Source: Enoplolaimus lenunculus (taxonomy: Eukaryota). Taken from it: 64,000 bases of DNA. The position numbers and the translations under genes are program-made. The stretch is taken from contig JASANG010000753.1 in NCBI GenBank assembly GCA_030248215.1, positions 372,001 to 436,000 on the forward strand, in the 5' to 3' direction. This document shows, piece after piece, positions 61,801 through 64,000 of the stretch (position 1 is its first letter; every line of letters begins with the position of its first letter). The notes beneath the pieces are model-generated. The model did not search any database. It saw nothing but the letters and a program-made list of their open reading frames with translations, and was not told where the DNA came from.

Positions 61801-63566
61801 AGCATTAACCAAAAAAATAGTCTGAAGCTTTACGCTTACTCAATTCCAGTCCTGCAGAAAAGCGTTTCGTCCCTGATATTTACATGGGTTCATTTAAGCC
61901 AGACTGCACTCTTGGTAAATAGTGAGAGACCTGAGCCTTATGTCCCGATAAAAATTGCGACTTATGCCAAAAAAACGTTTTTCTTCCTATTGAATTCCGC
62001 TGCACAGTAGCATTGGCGTGCCGAGCAGGGGTTCGGGTGTGGGGCACCCGCAGCGCGGTCCGGCCAGTCTGTAATTTGTTAAGTAAAGGTACGACTCCAA
62101 CAATATGCCAATTTTAGGTTAACAATCAATATTTTTAGTCGTTTTGTTTCAGCACCGGTTGCTCCACCAATCTAAATTTTCGCCGCCTACGCTACTCGTA
62201 AGTTGTGTGTGCCACCTATGTTCACGGGTGATTTACGTACCCACACCAGGGTCGTCTACGATGGGGGGAGCGGAGTGGATATACATTCCCCACGATATTG
62301 ATATAGAAAAGAGTAAAATGCTCTCGTACATGCTTTAACAAATCTGCTCGATTGTCGAGTTAAAAAAACAACGTTAAATAATACCCTCCGGAAATGAAAT
62401 TGCTGCAACGCCCATGCGTGAGCCCATGTTAGCTTAAGGGGCGTCCAGGTCTCTGATGGTTCTATAAAAGAGCAGGTTTACATTCTAGATTACATTTTTT
62501 TTGCTTAGGCGTAGGCTTGTGCTTAGGATAAGAACTCGTTTTTGCACGCTTAGGCATAGACTTAAGAATACGCTTAATCTACTGTTGCGCCCCTTAAAGT
62601 AACATTGGCCCCATTCAATTGTGCCCCCACGTTTTGCCGACAACCTTTCCGCTTAATCCTTTGAGCTCTGGTTCGTTTTGCCAAACTAAATTGAGTTTGA
62701 AGTTTTCATGGCTAAAGTTTATTTTTTTGAAACCTATTTTGCCAAGTGTTTTGAAAGTTTGTAAACACTTTATGTGGGTAGCCAGGAGCGCTATGCTCAC
62801 GAGGTGTGTAGATCACCACTTATCGGTGCCAATTTGAATTGAATAATAAATTATTCGCCGTTTCAAGCCACAATTCAACCGAGTTAGGCAAAAATATTTT
62901 AGATCGAACCTAAAATGCCAGGCTGAGCCTAAACCTAAGCCTGTTTTTAGGAAAACGTAAAAGATGCGATTTTTTTAACAGTTGACGTGCGTGTTTTTAA
63001 AAAAAGACATACATTTATGTCATTTGCTAAGGCTAAATTTATACTTTTATTTGTCAGCTTGTAAGAGTGTCCAGTGCTCGCCGTAAGGCGATCCTTAAGG
63101 TTTACAGCTTCTACACGATTCGCTAGTTGTGACACTGGCATATCTAAAAATCTCAAGCGTGGGTTGAACACGCGATATAGCGAAAAAAGCCTTGCGAGCG
63201 AAAAGTCAAACGCAATTTTAGTGCTTAATCTTTAACACAAAGCTTTAGCTTTGATTCGTATTGCGGACGACATGATCCGAATGACTCTCGTTTTAGGATT
63301 CGCTACTGAACTCTCTGTAAGGCTTTCGACTCACATAATGCTTACAAGATTAGCTAACCTGTAAACAAGGGTTTGTCGTGACGTAAATGTTATAAAAATA
63401 CGGCAATTTCCGCTTTAACAATTAATTTAAGAATAAATGAAAAAAGAAGAAATTAATACACAACTTTATCGCCAGCATCGAAATTATGATGTCAGAAAAA
63501 GTGTGTGATTTATAAGGATTCTTAGACGTAAAGATATGCGCCCACGCCAGATGGTTTGTAAACATT

Positions 63567-63898
63567 GGCCCATGTTAAGATCAGGGGCGGAACGTTTTTC
63601 TGTGGGACTAGAAAAGAGTAACCTTAAGCTTTAGACTAATTGTTTTTTGTTTGGCTTAGAGCTTAAGGCCTTAACGCTTTAGACTAATTGTTTTTTGTTT
63701 CGGCTTAGGCTTAGGCTTTAGCGGGACGAACCCAGGACGGAGGGAAGGTCCCACCACCAGCAAGGAGCACCGCCCCAAAACCCCCAAAAGGCTTAATAGG
63801 AATATGCTCATTTTTACGATTAGGCTTAAGATTAGGCTTAGGCTTACGCTTAGGAATATGCTTATAATACTGCTCCGCCCCTGTTCTTTACATTGGCC
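63567..63898 (+). mobile_element. Merlin-like TTAGGC MITE M1 with a 70-nt foreign insert
   Basis: Intact TIRs. Flanks gtaaacatt/gtaacatt. Confidence 0.88.
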
Positions 63899-64000
63899 GT
63901 AACATTTATACCGGTGAAGTGCAGGGTATGATAATATTTTGGCCAATGTTACTTTAGCGAACGCTTCGCTGTTTATACGAGACTGCAATAGAGTCCGCTT

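Overview
AT-rich, repeat-dense animal genomic DNA with spliced genes. The one securely identifiable gene is a noggin (BMP antagonist) with an uninterrupted CDS at 40098-41087 (+). About 1 kb of ATG-free putative leader lies upstream, and an inverted pair of MITEs brackets the CDS. Manual splice-phase reconstruction also gives: a + strand gene with a 1.3-kb Thr/Pro mucin exon (about 4.3-17 kb); a + strand type II membrane protein gene whose TM exon the ORF track misses (28532-33568); a + strand gene ending at 52214 that may be its distant paralogue; and candidate - strand exons near 54-55 kb. The dominant feature is roughly 45-50 full or partial copies (counted by eye) of a non-autonomous DNA transposon clan. 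These have GGCC(C/A)ATGT termini and 8-bp target duplications (Merlin-like), and they carry and expand TTAGGC, the nematode telomeric repeat. Most long 'LRLRLR/LGLGLG/PKPKPK' ORFs in the track are artefacts of these elements. Other MITE families are piggyBac-like (with a tRNA-like Pol III head), hAT-like, PIF/Harbinger-like, Tc1-like and CAC-TA types. There are also several minisatellites. TTAGGC plus noggin suggests a non-rhabditid (possibly clade I) nematode, but this is inference only.
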